Shown here: in pieces, positions 36,081 to 45,604 of the stretch | Layout: the number at the start of each line of letters is the position of its first letter | How positions within the stretch are numbered: the first letter of the stretch is position 1 | Source of the DNA: a virus | Taxonomy: Duplodnaviria; Caudoviricetes | IMG/VR virus record: IMGVR_UViG_3300005573_001331 | Location: 7,945 to 71,944 of that record | Strand: one strand, 5' to 3' | DNA length: 64,000 nucleotides | Notes under the pieces: generated by a model | Databases searched by the model: none | What the model was told of the DNA's origin: nothing | The model's input: only the letters and a program-made list of their open reading frames with translations | Made by a program: the position numbers and the translations under genes

Positions 36081-36644
36081 CTAACCGCGCTGTTGCGCAA
36101 AGGATTTTATTGCTCCCTCAATTAACTCTACTCTCTCCTTATGATCTTTGGGAAGTTGGATCACCTTTGTCTTGGAGCGAGCGAGTTTCGAAAACTCGTC
36201 AAACTTCTGCGCGATTGCCTGTTGAAAGCGCTTGCTCGTCGAGCGCACGCCATCATCTTCTAATACATCAAGAGGCGTCGTAACAAAAATAATGTCGTAC
36301 TCTGAAATAAAATGGGTAAACGCTGTATAACAGAAACGATAAACACTGTCACTAACCTTGTGACGATCGTGTAAATAACTCGTATAAACCATGCCATCGA
36401 GCAGGCAGCGATCATACAGAATAATCGGCGCCTTGTCCAGAGTTAAATTCATAAAATGACGAGCCAAGATCATCAATTGTGTGATGTTATTTCCCTTTTC
36501 ATTAATCGGAGCAAATGCTCGTACTGCACGAGCAACTTCCGGCGCGAGCTCAGCATAAAGAACACGCTTTCTTAACTCTTGTATAAGGGTTGTTTTCCCT
36601 GTTGATTGCGGCCCTGAAATTGCTATTCTCATCAGCACCTCCAA
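36081..36644 (-). CDS. P-loop nucleoside/nucleotide kinase (NadR/AAA_28-like)
   Basis: ISGPQSTGKTT, EVAR, YDRCLLD, DDGVR. Confidence 0.8.
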   Translation of the reverse strand: MEVLMRIAISGPQSTGKTTLIQELRKRVLYAELAPEVARAVRAFAPINEKGNNITQLMILARHFMNLTLDKAPIILYDRCLLDGMVYTSYLHDRHKVSDSVYRFCYTAFTHFISEYDIIFVTTPLDVLEDDGVRSTSKRFQQAIAQKFDEFSKLARSKTKVIQLPKDHKERVELIEGAIKSFAQQRG

Positions 36645-36652
36645 AATTAATA

Positions 36653-36871
36653 TTACAAATACTTTTTGAGATATTTAAAGAAATCTTTGGATTCGGTGAA
36701 TCTCATGGAGTCTTTAACTTTTACATAAGTAATAACAGTTCCGTCTCGATGAAGATCGATCGTAGCAATAAGTTCATCCCCCTTATAAAGAGTAACAGAA
36801 GCTAAATCCTCGACCATGCCTATCGCCCCAAATCTAACTTCGGGCCTATTTTTCCGTCTCTTCTTAAACAT
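36653..36871 (-). CDS. Hypothetical protein (likely start MFKKRR)
   Basis: GGAG RBS upstream of the ATG at 36871. Confidence 0.45.
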   Translation of the reverse strand: MFKKRRKNRPEVRFGAIGMVEDLASVTLYKGDELIATIDLHRDGTVITYVKVKDSMRFTESKDFFKYLKKYL

Positions 36872-37583
36872 GGACAACATCTCCATATCTGTGATCGTAC
36901 AAATATAGAATATCCTCATACATCCTCTCTATCGTTTCTCTGATCTTGTTGCGTTCTCGCTCGTTCGCATCCCAAGCAAAGAGATTAAGAAACAAGTATT
37001 GTGGATCAGGAAGCCGAAGGGTTCCTCCAAGGCGATGTACCCAAGTAAGATTAACAGAACCGCGCTTACTGAATACAATGCGCCCTTCAACAGTTCCAGT
37101 GTTTCTGGTTATGGTTAAAATCAATCCTTCTTCGCCTTTCGAGACTGTTACCTCTAATTCTCGCACAATTTCAGGAGATACATCCACCGCCATCTTTATA
37201 TTTAATTTCTTCCGATCTTCCAGAGCTTTTCGTACCGCTTCTCCAACACCGTTCCAAGTTTTCACATTCGGATTTGCGAGATCAGAAAATGTGTAAACTT
37301 GGTAATTGTCGTCAAGCGTTGGCGATGAAACTTCTCCTGTAATGAGCTGATTTCGTCTTGAATCATACAGCGCCTCCTCAACCCACTTTATGACATCCTT
37401 GGCAAGCTCCTCTGGAGAAGCATACCGATGCTGATAATGGCGGGTCTCGCCGTCGAAGATCTGCAGCGTGGAGTATCCAGCCTTACTAACAATGACGGAT
37501 ACCATACGTTGTCGCTCGCTAAATGTTAAACTTTCAAAAGTTGTCAATTCTTCTCCCGCGGGGGTATCTTCAACTAAGCTCAT
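36864..37583 (-). CDS. Hypothetical protein (likely start MSLVED)
   Basis: AGGAGAGG RBS before the ATG at 37583. Confidence 0.6.
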   Translation of the reverse strand: MSLVEDTPAGEELTTFESLTFSERQRMVSVIVSKAGYSTLQIFDGETRHYQHRYASPEELAKDVIKWVEEALYDSRRNQLITGEVSSPTLDDNYQVYTFSDLANPNVKTWNGVGEAVRKALEDRKKLNIKMAVDVSPEIVRELEVTVSKGEEGLILTITRNTGTVEGRIVFSKRGSVNLTWVHRLGGTLRLPDPQYLFLNLFAWDANERERNKIRETIERMYEDILYLYDHRYGDVVHV

Positions 37584-37644
37584 TGTACCTCTCCTTCGTT
37601 TAGATATTTTCAAGATATTCGTGAACATCCCCATATTCATCATT

Positions 37645-38193
37645 CTATTTACTAAGTTTGTCCTCTAAATGAGTAATAAAATCACACCAAAGCTCGATGC
37701 CGGTCTCTTGTAACTTATTCTTGTTACTTATTTGTTCAAGACCTGATAACGGAGGCGCTTCAATTTCCTTCACCAAGATAATCTCACTAATAACATCCTT
37801 TGTCGTAACACGATATATTATACACTTATTTTGGTTTTCTGCGTGACTACTAAAGATGTGGGGAAATTGCTTAATTACGCTTGGAGGCAGAGTTCTGTCG
37901 TAATTGTGCAGAGTTATTAGAAAATTCGTCGGTGTTAGATTGTAACTCAAAAGTTGATCAAAGAGAGCTTTGTAGTCCTTTGCACTGGGCTTCAATGGAA
38001 AGGTTTTTATCAGGGAAAGTGCAAAAAGTTCTTGTTTAACATTTGGATACTGATGGATCGGCTTTTCTCGGTTTGTAACGATCAGGTCAGGACGAAAACC
38101 TGTCCGCTTATAAATCTCTAATATTTCGTCTCCAGTCTGTGAGAAAAAGCTAATCCAATACTTTATTTGTCTATACGGCAACATATGTAGCAA
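37645..38193 (-). CDS. Degenerate PurN-fold formyltransferase-like protein (DpdN-like)
   Basis: WISFFSQTGDEI, PDLIVTN, ITLHNYDR and CIIYRVT are collinear with PurN-like formyltransferases; the catalytic N-x-H-P...G-P segment is mutated or deleted. Confidence 0.6.
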   Translation of the reverse strand: MLHMLPYRQIKYWISFFSQTGDEILEIYKRTGFRPDLIVTNREKPIHQYPNVKQELFALSLIKTFPLKPSAKDYKALFDQLLSYNLTPTNFLITLHNYDRTLPPSVIKQFPHIFSSHAENQNKCIIYRVTTKDVISEIILVKEIEAPPLSGLEQISNKNKLQETGIELWCDFITHLEDKLSK

Positions 38194-38974
38194 ACCTCCT
38201 AAATGTGGTTATATTGTGTAAAACATCGTGAAATTGATCGATACTCAATTCAAGCGTCAACAGCTCGGCCAGTTTGGTGGTATTCTTTTTATGAATCTCT
38301 CCCCTCTCATCATACCTAATTCCAAAAATACCTTGTACAACTGGATTTGACGTATCTACAGAATAAATGCTATCAAACGTACGATACTGGTACACTTCCT
38401 GAGGCAAAGCACATCCGAGAAGATGGTGAGGAGTTTTCGGTGAAAAAATTCCCTCTTGAATCCAGCGTAAAATCAATGCATATCTGCCTCGCGCGTATCT
38501 CTCCGCCCTCGTACTGACTATATCCCAGCTATCGTTTGCAAGATAATAAGAATACCCAAAGCTAATCCCTACGATGTCGGCGTGCGTCTTCATATAGTTG
38601 TAACAGGTGGTCAGCTCTTCATATGTTTTACCTTGAACAACACCCATTACAGCCGTATTTGCTGGTAAACTCTGCTTGCTAAAACGCTCAAAAAGTGAGA
38701 TTGTCTTGTCACAATCCTCTAAAGCATCGGGAGCTATTGCAACAGTCGGCTGTAAATCTCTTACCGCGGCTACGAAAAGAGAAAAATCAAACGCGGTTCC
38801 GAGCTCAAAGACGGAGTTATCGAGGTAAAGCTTTCTAGAGTTTGCACGGCAGGAGCTGTAATATTCCCGATACTCAGGATATTTGTCAAGTAGATGTACA
38901 AGACAGTAATCGTAATCGTTAAACATGCGAGAAACAGGTAATAACTGAAGGGGTACCTCGTGACTGATCAGCAT
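38171..38974 (-). CDS. dpdA: TGT-fold 7-deazaguanine transglycosylase-like protein (DpdA-like)
   Basis: LDNS, APD, VVQG, HHLLG and SVDTS align with the TGT/DpdA DSG, D, QG, HLLG and nucleophile-Asp motifs. Confidence 0.7.
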   Translation of the reverse strand: MLISHEVPLQLLPVSRMFNDYDYCLVHLLDKYPEYREYYSSCRANSRKLYLDNSVFELGTAFDFSLFVAAVRDLQPTVAIAPDALEDCDKTISLFERFSKQSLPANTAVMGVVQGKTYEELTTCYNYMKTHADIVGISFGYSYYLANDSWDIVSTRAERYARGRYALILRWIQEGIFSPKTPHHLLGCALPQEVYQYRTFDSIYSVDTSNPVVQGIFGIRYDERGEIHKKNTTKLAELLTLELSIDQFHDVLHNITTFRRFATYVAV

Positions 38975-38977
38975 ATC

Positions 38978-39481
38978 TTAACCTCTATTTGCTTTTACTT
39001 GATGACCAATTCCAATTAGCGTTTCAACAACCTTTTGCTGTCGCGATAAATTAGTGTTTAACTTATCCAAGTCATCCATCTTTTGCTGTGTGATCTTTAT
39101 CAACAGCTCAAGATCGTCAACATCTCTTTCAGCTTGCTCCTTTTGCTCAAATAAAGAGCGCAACTGCGTCATAACGGCAGCTTCCTGCAAACTTTGATTC
39201 TTTAACTGCTGTATTTCTATGCTCGTTGAAAGTAGTTTTGCTCGTTCAAGCGCGTAAGCAGTCTTGTAACCGCTTGCGGCTTTTCTTGCTTCCCTCAAAG
39301 CTTCGTGCATCTCTATCAGTATTTCCGCAACTCTACTGAGATAACCTTGAACTTTTGCATAAAGTGCATTGAGATTTCCAATATTCTGATCTGGATCGGA
39401 ATCCAGCTCTACTATCATCTGTTTTAGCTCCTGAATTTCAGCAACAAAATCAGGAAGGCTTTGAAATTCCAACATCGACAT
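38978..39481 (-). CDS. Coiled-coil protein, possible UvsY-like recombination mediator
   Basis: All-helical 167 aa directly downstream of recA; positional inference. Confidence 0.4.
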   Translation of the reverse strand: MSMLEFQSLPDFVAEIQELKQMIVELDSDPDQNIGNLNALYAKVQGYLSRVAEILIEMHEALREARKAASGYKTAYALERAKLLSTSIEIQQLKNQSLQEAAVMTQLRSLFEQKEQAERDVDDLELLIKITQQKMDDLDKLNTNLSRQQKVVETLIGIGHQVKANRG

Positions 39482-40588
39482 TTACTCAGCCTCTTCAGTC
39501 ACGTCTTCTATTTGTTCTTCCTGCTCAGTAATGGGAGAAACAACGTTTTCTCGGCGCGCATATTCGGCGAGACAGGCTTGATACAAATTATTGTACAACT
39601 GTGGTTGTTGTTTTGCTAATACTCTAAGTGCGTTAACTGCCTCAGCTTTACTCCCACCTAGCAGTGTTTCTCCTTTATTTTCGAGATTGTGGTAATAAGA
39701 GTTACCTCGACGGGTTATAAAGCCTAAATTATTCGCAAATTCGAGCAAATCCTTCTCTTTATCTATGCCGAGACCGAATATTATATCTACCTCTGTCTCC
39801 CTAAACGGTGGAGCAACCTTATTTTTTACAACTTTTATCTTCACTCGATTTCCCGTAGCATTGCCCTTGCTAGACTTTATCATTGTTATGCGTCTAACAT
39901 CGAGTCGTACACTCGAATAGAATTTAAGTGCTTTACCACCCGAGGTTGTTTCTTTAGGCCCATATCCACTTACTGCCATATTTGTGCGAATTTGATTAAT
40001 AAAGATTACACAAGTTTTTGTTTTTGCAATAATACTAACGAGTTTTCTCATTGCTTGTGACATAAGACGAGCCTGTGCACCCATTTGAGCATCTCCCATC
40101 TCTCCTTCTATCTCAGCTCGTGGTGTTAGAGCAGCTACACTGTCAACGACTACAACATCGACTGCTCCACTGGCAACGAGCATTTCCAGTATCGTGAGCG
40201 CTTGTTCGCCATATTCGGGTTGAGAAAGAGCAAGATTTGCAATATCCACGCCAATTCCCTTTGCATATGTGAGACTAAGGGCGTTCTCACTATCGATATA
40301 AGCAGCTGTACCACCATTACGTTGTACAGCTGCAACAATAAACATAGCAAGTGTGCTCTTTCCTGAAGATTCCGGACCAAAAATCTCAATAATTCTTCCT
40401 TTTGGTACACCGCCAATTCCAAGTATGGAGTCAATCGAAGCCGCTCCTGTTGGCCAATATTCAATTCCTGGTGGGGGTTCTTCTCCTAGTTTCATTATTG
40501 CTCCGCGTCCAAACTCTTTATTCACTGCTTCAAGAGCAGCTGCAAATGTTGCTTTCTTTCTGTCAATCAATGGTTCTTGCTTAGCCAC
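39482..40588 (-). CDS. recA: RecA recombinase
   Basis: GPESSGKST, VDSVAAL, ARLMSQAMRKL, FINQIR, GGKALKFYSSVRLD, KNKVAPPF. Confidence 0.98.
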   Translation of the reverse strand: MAKQEPLIDRKKATFAAALEAVNKEFGRGAIMKLGEEPPPGIEYWPTGAASIDSILGIGGVPKGRIIEIFGPESSGKSTLAMFIVAAVQRNGGTAAYIDSENALSLTYAKGIGVDIANLALSQPEYGEQALTILEMLVASGAVDVVVVDSVAALTPRAEIEGEMGDAQMGAQARLMSQAMRKLVSIIAKTKTCVIFINQIRTNMAVSGYGPKETTSGGKALKFYSSVRLDVRRITMIKSSKGNATGNRVKIKVVKNKVAPPFRETEVDIIFGLGIDKEKDLLEFANNLGFITRRGNSYYHNLENKGETLLGGSKAEAVNALRVLAKQQPQLYNNLYQACLAEYARRENVVSPITEQEEQIEDVTEEAE

Positions 40589-40660
40589 GAAAAATCACCT
40601 TTCTTTTAGTTATCTTAAATAAAATACAAAACAAAATTGTAGCTATTATGTATGTGATGC

Positions 40661-40682
40661 GGCAAAATTTGCAAATTTTGCC
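40661..40682. promoter_or_regulatory. Perfect 22-bp palindrome in the divergent intergenic region
   Basis: ggcaaaatttgcaaattttgcc is its own reverse complement. Confidence 0.6.
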
Positions 40683-40973
40683 ATCGAGCACATAAGAACA
40701 TAATCTCTCTTTTAAGTTTTTATCACACACATAGGGTAGATGAAAATAATAATTATGAAATAATTATTTATATACCCCGATGTTTGATTAAACTTTTAGA
40801 GATTATGGACTTGTGTGGACAGATGCTTTTCCAGATTTCGCCTCTTTTAGGGATATAATACAACCTTTCGAGAGGAACAACTAAAAAAAAATATTTTGGT
40901 GGCGACAAAAGATTCTCCCGAGTTTCTGTGTATATTATACTGCAGTGACAACCTCAACAATATGGATTGACAA

Positions 40974-42236
40974 ATGAGCAAAATTAAACTTCTCGTTGTA
41001 TCAGATTCGATCGAGATTCCTACAGGCGTCGGAGGGCAGGCTAAAAAGCTATTATACGGCCTACAAAAGACCGGCGACTACGAGATAGTAGAGATAGCCG
41101 GCTCGCTCATGAAAATAGATCCTCCAGTCTATTTTCACAGTGTAGAGATCGATAAGCATAATTACGGAGCGATTAAACTATACAACACCCCTGACGGCTA
41201 CGGGAATGTAGGATTATTTAGACAAGTTTTTAACATTGAAAAGCCTGATATAGTACTTGCTTTTTCGGATCCTAGATTCTTTACGTATTTGTTCATGATA
41301 GATAATGAATTCAGGAATAAAGCGAAATTCGTTTTCTATCATACTTGGGACAACGACCCATTTCCCTCTTTTAACAGGAAGTGGTATGCGGCTTGCGATG
41401 CAGTTGTTATGATATCAAAATTCTCCTACAATCTGATGAAAAGTGGCGGTATTGATTGCCACTACATCCCACATGGCTTTGATGCCAAAGAGTTCCATAA
41501 ACTGCCAGAAGCGAGGATAAGACAGGTACAAAAGGAGCTTTTTAAGAATATTATAAACGTCGACAACCTGCAAAGAGAGCCTTTTACTATTCTCTGGTCT
41601 AACAGAAATATAGGAAGAAAGCGCCCAGGAGATATTATCAGGATTTTCAAGCTTTTCAATGATATGCACAAAGATAGCGTACTTTTATTGAATACTGCGC
41701 CTGTGGAGCCTGAAGGTACAAATTTACTCGATGTTATTCAGTATTATGCTGCTAACAAGGTATTGCCAATTGCGATGATACCAAATCGCATCAGCATCGA
41801 GAAATTAAATGAGTTATATAACGCAGCAGAAGTAACCGTCAATATCTCCTCGAATGAGGGGTTTGGTCTTTGTGTCGGCGAGTCTTTGATGACGGAAACT
41901 CCAGTAATTGTAACAAAAACAGGTGGCATGACTGAGCAGGCAATGAATGAAAAAACACAGTTTGGCAGGGTAATCGAACCAGCCGTTCGCGAGCTTATTG
42001 GCACACCATCTGTGCCATACATCTTTCGCGATTTTGTATCAGACAATGATGTGCTCGATGCGCTTGAGGATGCATACGTCCACCCGCTTAGCTGGAAATC
42101 CGCCGCTGCTCAGGGCAGAGTACATATTAGTGAAAACTACTCCATCAAGCGCACTGTTCAACAATGGGACAGTTTGTTAAAGCAAGTCCAAGGTAGTTCA
42201 TCAAAATTTGAACGAATAAAGTTCAGGGAGATTTAA
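40974..42236 (+). CDS. GT-B glycosyltransferase (GT4-like)
   Basis: YIPHGFD, NRNIGRK, NEGFGLCVGE, KTGG. Confidence 0.9.
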   Translation: MSKIKLLVVSDSIEIPTGVGGQAKKLLYGLQKTGDYEIVEIAGSLMKIDPPVYFHSVEIDKHNYGAIKLYNTPDGYGNVGLFRQVFNIEKPDIVLAFSDPRFFTYLFMIDNEFRNKAKFVFYHTWDNDPFPSFNRKWYAACDAVVMISKFSYNLMKSGGIDCHYIPHGFDAKEFHKLPEARIRQVQKELFKNIINVDNLQREPFTILWSNRNIGRKRPGDIIRIFKLFNDMHKDSVLLLNTAPVEPEGTNLLDVIQYYAANKVLPIAMIPNRISIEKLNELYNAAEVTVNISSNEGFGLCVGESLMTETPVIVTKTGGMTEQAMNEKTQFGRVIEPAVRELIGTPSVPYIFRDFVSDNDVLDALEDAYVHPLSWKSAAAQGRVHISENYSIKRTVQQWDSLLKQVQGSSSKFERIKFREI

Positions 42237-43403
42237 GTGAAAACCAATCTTGTTTTTCTAGCCCCCGTCTTTAGTAGAAGCGGTTACGGTGAACATGCAA
42301 GAGAAATTCTCTTTTCTCTTTATAACAACCCAAGCCTCAACATCGGCGTCTTGCCGACAAGTTGGGGCGCAACTAGTGATGTAAGTGAGCTTACACAGAG
42401 AGAAAGCTCGATTCTGAATTTCACGGTTAACAATCATATAAGTCCTAATGCACCCTTCATTTGGTTGCAGCTCGGCATTCCACCCGAATTTCAATCGCGT
42501 GGTAACTACAACATCGGAGTGACTGCAGGCCTTGAAGTTGATACTCTTCCCTCCAAGTGGTTGGAATACTTAAACCGAATGCAAATCATAGTTGTTCCCA
42601 CAACAACAACAAAGCAACGAATGGAAGACCTCGGTGTTTCCAGCGAAGTTGTAGTGATTCCTGAAGGTGTCGATAAAAACTACTTCAATCCGGAAATTAA
42701 GTATGAACTACCTTATCAATTTACAACAAAGTACAATTTCTTAACTGCAGGACAGTGGATACAACAAGGCGATAGAAAGAGAATCGGAGATATTATACGT
42801 GTATTTTGTAAGAAGTTCAAAAATAATCCAGAGGTTGGCTTAATTGTAAAAACCTTCCTCACAAATACAAGCTCACCTGATGCAGTTGTTGCCGAAGATC
42901 AAATTAGATATATTAAGCAAGCGATGGGATGCGAAAAAGCAAAGATTTATCTCTTTCATGGGGATATGACAACACTAGAATTGGGAATGCTGTTTAATCA
43001 CCCATCCATTGTAGGATTTATCACTGCAAGCTCCGGTGAGGGTTGGGGAAGATATATTGCAGAGGCCATAGCTTCGGGAAAGCCCATCGCAGTTCCGGAC
43101 TGGAATACTGGATATATCGACTTTATACCAAAACAATCCTCCATCATGATGCCTGCCAAACTAGAAGATATACCTCCAATGATTTATCAGGACGGCCTAT
43201 TTGAGCGAGGGATGAAATGGGCAAGGGTTGCTGATGAAGATATTGAAAAGGCATTTGATACCTTGCTTGAAAAGCAGCAAGAATTAGCAGAAAAAGCCAA
43301 AGCATACGTCCCCAGTTTTCTTGAGAAGTATAGCAAAGAAGTGGTGCAAAAAATGTGGAATGACTTTATGAACTCTACCTTAAAAGAACTAGCGGGACAT
43401 TAA
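42237..43403 (+). CDS. GT-B glycosyltransferase (GT4-like)
   Basis: SGYGEHAR, IPEGVD, DRK, GEGWGRYIAEA. Confidence 0.85.
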   Translation: MKTNLVFLAPVFSRSGYGEHAREILFSLYNNPSLNIGVLPTSWGATSDVSELTQRESSILNFTVNNHISPNAPFIWLQLGIPPEFQSRGNYNIGVTAGLEVDTLPSKWLEYLNRMQIIVVPTTTTKQRMEDLGVSSEVVVIPEGVDKNYFNPEIKYELPYQFTTKYNFLTAGQWIQQGDRKRIGDIIRVFCKKFKNNPEVGLIVKTFLTNTSSPDAVVAEDQIRYIKQAMGCEKAKIYLFHGDMTTLELGMLFNHPSIVGFITASSGEGWGRYIAEAIASGKPIAVPDWNTGYIDFIPKQSSIMMPAKLEDIPPMIYQDGLFERGMKWARVADEDIEKAFDTLLEKQQELAEKAKAYVPSFLEKYSKEVVQKMWNDFMNSTLKELAGH

Positions 43404-43406
43404 TCC

Positions 43407-45302
43407 ATGCAAAACTCTGTAGTGATAATCATTCTTGTGCATAACAATGCCTTCCTTACTGAAAAACTACTGGCCACTATTCCAGATAATGAACAAATCT
43501 ACACGTTAGTTTATGATAATGGCTCGACAGATCATACCGCCGGACTACTGAGCAGGTGGTCGGAGGAGAAAAGTTCTCATAGAATAGTGCTCAGCAACAG
43601 CGAAAATATCGGAGTTGTAAGAGGACTGAATAAAGCTCTTCACTACGTACATGATCACTTTCCAAATTATGACGTGCTTTGGCTGAATAATGACATGGAG
43701 CTAGAGCCGGATACGATAGAAAAGCTCTCCGAGGTCGCCTATAGCGATAAGAGCTTTGGTATTGTTGGCGGGTTACTTTATAAACCAGATGGCATGGTCG
43801 AGCACGCGGGAGCATATCTAGGGCCAATGGGCTGGGGGATTCACAAAGATACGTTATACAGGCTGGAAGATCTTGAACCGATAAGCACCATGCAGGAAGT
43901 GGAGTATGTTGAGGGTGCAATAATGTTTATAAAGAACTCGCTACTTAACGAAGTACCTTACTTCGACGATAGATATAAAGATGGATTTTTCGAGGAGGTC
44001 GACTATTGCTATCAGGCGAGAGCACACGGATACAAAGTAATCTATACTCCGAAGGCCAAGGCGCTCCACTATGCAAATGCTACCATGCGTAATGTGTCAA
44101 CTCAACAAGAGATAAGGCAGCGAAGTGGGAAGGGTGAAGTTGAATTCTATAAAAAGTGGGTTCCTATCTGGAATAGTGCCACAAGTAGCACAGAGCATAA
44201 AATACTTATTACAGGCAAAGTCTATGATGATTGGTCATTTTCGATAGCAACAAGAAACCTGGCGAAGGGTTTATCTAGAAACGGGGTCGATGTAGCGATC
44301 GCCCCTGAAGAGTATCATGACATTGGCATGGGGATGCCTGATTGGGAAATAAAACAAATGATAGATAAGCCACACGATTACTGGAACAGAGTTGTCCTTC
44401 GTAATAGTGAAGGGGATCATCAATACTTAATGCCTCCCGGAAAGAAAAGAATTGCCTATACAGTAGGGGAGAGTACAGTTCTTTCTCCAATATGGATCGA
44501 CCAACTGAATCACGTGGATCTTGTCCTTACTCCTTCACGGTTTTTTGCCGATGTACTCAAATTAAATGAGCTGCGTACAGAGGTAGACGTTCTTCCGATC
44601 GCAGTTGATAGTTCAGTCTTTAATCCGGACATTCCTATTATGAAAGACTTGGAAGAAAAGATCAAAGGTAGGTTTGTATTTTTTACATCCTTCTATCTCG
44701 GTCCTAGAAAAGCGGCCGATATCATGTTTAGAGCCTTCGCAGAGGAATTTACAAAAGATGAGCCAGTTGTACTCGTAGCTCACGTTCCTGGCTTTTCTTA
44801 TGCGACAAGGCTATACTATGGTAAAACCGACAAGGAGTTTATGAGGGAGGCCTTGATAAACACAGGCAGCCCCACTATTATTATTGATGAAAATCGTATC
44901 GATCAAAGAAGGCTGGCTCAATTATACAATATGGCGGATGTGCTTTTATTCACTACATGTGCAGAAGGGTTTGGCATTCCTGTAATCGAAGCAGCTGCAT
45001 GCAAGAAACCCGCAATTGTTACAAATTACAGCGCGGTTGCAGAACTTGTCACAGACGATTGCGGATGGAAGTGCAGCTACGATCTGGTCGATATTCCTTT
45101 TGTTCCAACACCATATTTTAAAAATACAATTGGTGGTAAATGGGCAAAACCCAACAAAGCCGATATAAAGAGATTGATGCGCTATGTCTTTGAACATCGT
45201 GATAAGGTGAAGCAAAAAGGAGAAAATGCATACCAGCGTTATTTGCAATTCTACACAATAGAAAATGTTGGTAAATTAGCAAAGCGTTTAATTTTCTCAT
45301 AA
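43407..45302 (+). CDS. Bifunctional GT2 (GT-A) plus GT4 (GT-B) glycosyltransferase
   Basis: GT2: YDNGSTD, LNNDM, FEEVDYC. GT4: RKA, AEGFGIPVIEA, TNYS. Confidence 0.9.
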   Translation: MQNSVVIIILVHNNAFLTEKLLATIPDNEQIYTLVYDNGSTDHTAGLLSRWSEEKSSHRIVLSNSENIGVVRGLNKALHYVHDHFPNYDVLWLNNDMELEPDTIEKLSEVAYSDKSFGIVGGLLYKPDGMVEHAGAYLGPMGWGIHKDTLYRLEDLEPISTMQEVEYVEGAIMFIKNSLLNEVPYFDDRYKDGFFEEVDYCYQARAHGYKVIYTPKAKALHYANATMRNVSTQQEIRQRSGKGEVEFYKKWVPIWNSATSSTEHKILITGKVYDDWSFSIATRNLAKGLSRNGVDVAIAPEEYHDIGMGMPDWEIKQMIDKPHDYWNRVVLRNSEGDHQYLMPPGKKRIAYTVGESTVLSPIWIDQLNHVDLVLTPSRFFADVLKLNELRTEVDVLPIAVDSSVFNPDIPIMKDLEEKIKGRFVFFTSFYLGPRKAADIMFRAFAEEFTKDEPVVLVAHVPGFSYATRLYYGKTDKEFMREALINTGSPTIIIDENRIDQRRLAQLYNMADVLLFTTCAEGFGIPVIEAAACKKPAIVTNYSAVAELVTDDCGWKCSYDLVDIPFVPTPYFKNTIGGKWAKPNKADIKRLMRYVFEHRDKVKQKGENAYQRYLQFYTIENVGKLAKRLIFS

Positions 45303-45307
45303 ATCCC

Positions 45308-45604
45308 ATGCCTCTCATTACACTTCGTTGCAAGAATTGTAATCTACAGCAGGAGATATATGTAGTCTCTCAAAATCTTAACGATGAGCATAGATGTAGC
45401 CATTGTAACCAACCAATGGTGCGAGTTTTTATTCCTCCGCACAGCAACATCGATAGTATGATCGATACTAACGATGTTGGCAAAGTTATTCAAGAAAAAA
45501 ATGAACGCCTAAAAAAACAATACCAAGCAACCTCAAAAGAGCAGCAGAGCTTAAGAGAAAAAGTCAACGAGCTCTACAGAAAGCGCATGGAGAAACTTGG
45601 ATAA
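45308..45604 (+). CDS. FmdB-like Zn-ribbon protein
   Basis: MP...CKNC...CSHC...RVF. Confidence 0.7.
   Translation: MPLITLRCKNCNLQQEIYVVSQNLNDEHRCSHCNQPMVRVFIPPHSNIDSMIDTNDVGKVIQEKNERLKKQYQATSKEQQSLREKVNELYRKRMEKLG

Noticed and set aside
38171-38974. Canonical tRNA-guanine transglycosylase (Tgt)
   Set aside because: Too short (267 aa), lacks the C-terminal Zn-binding CxCxxC...H site and the TPxFMPVGT start; it fits DNA-acting DpdA-like proteins better.
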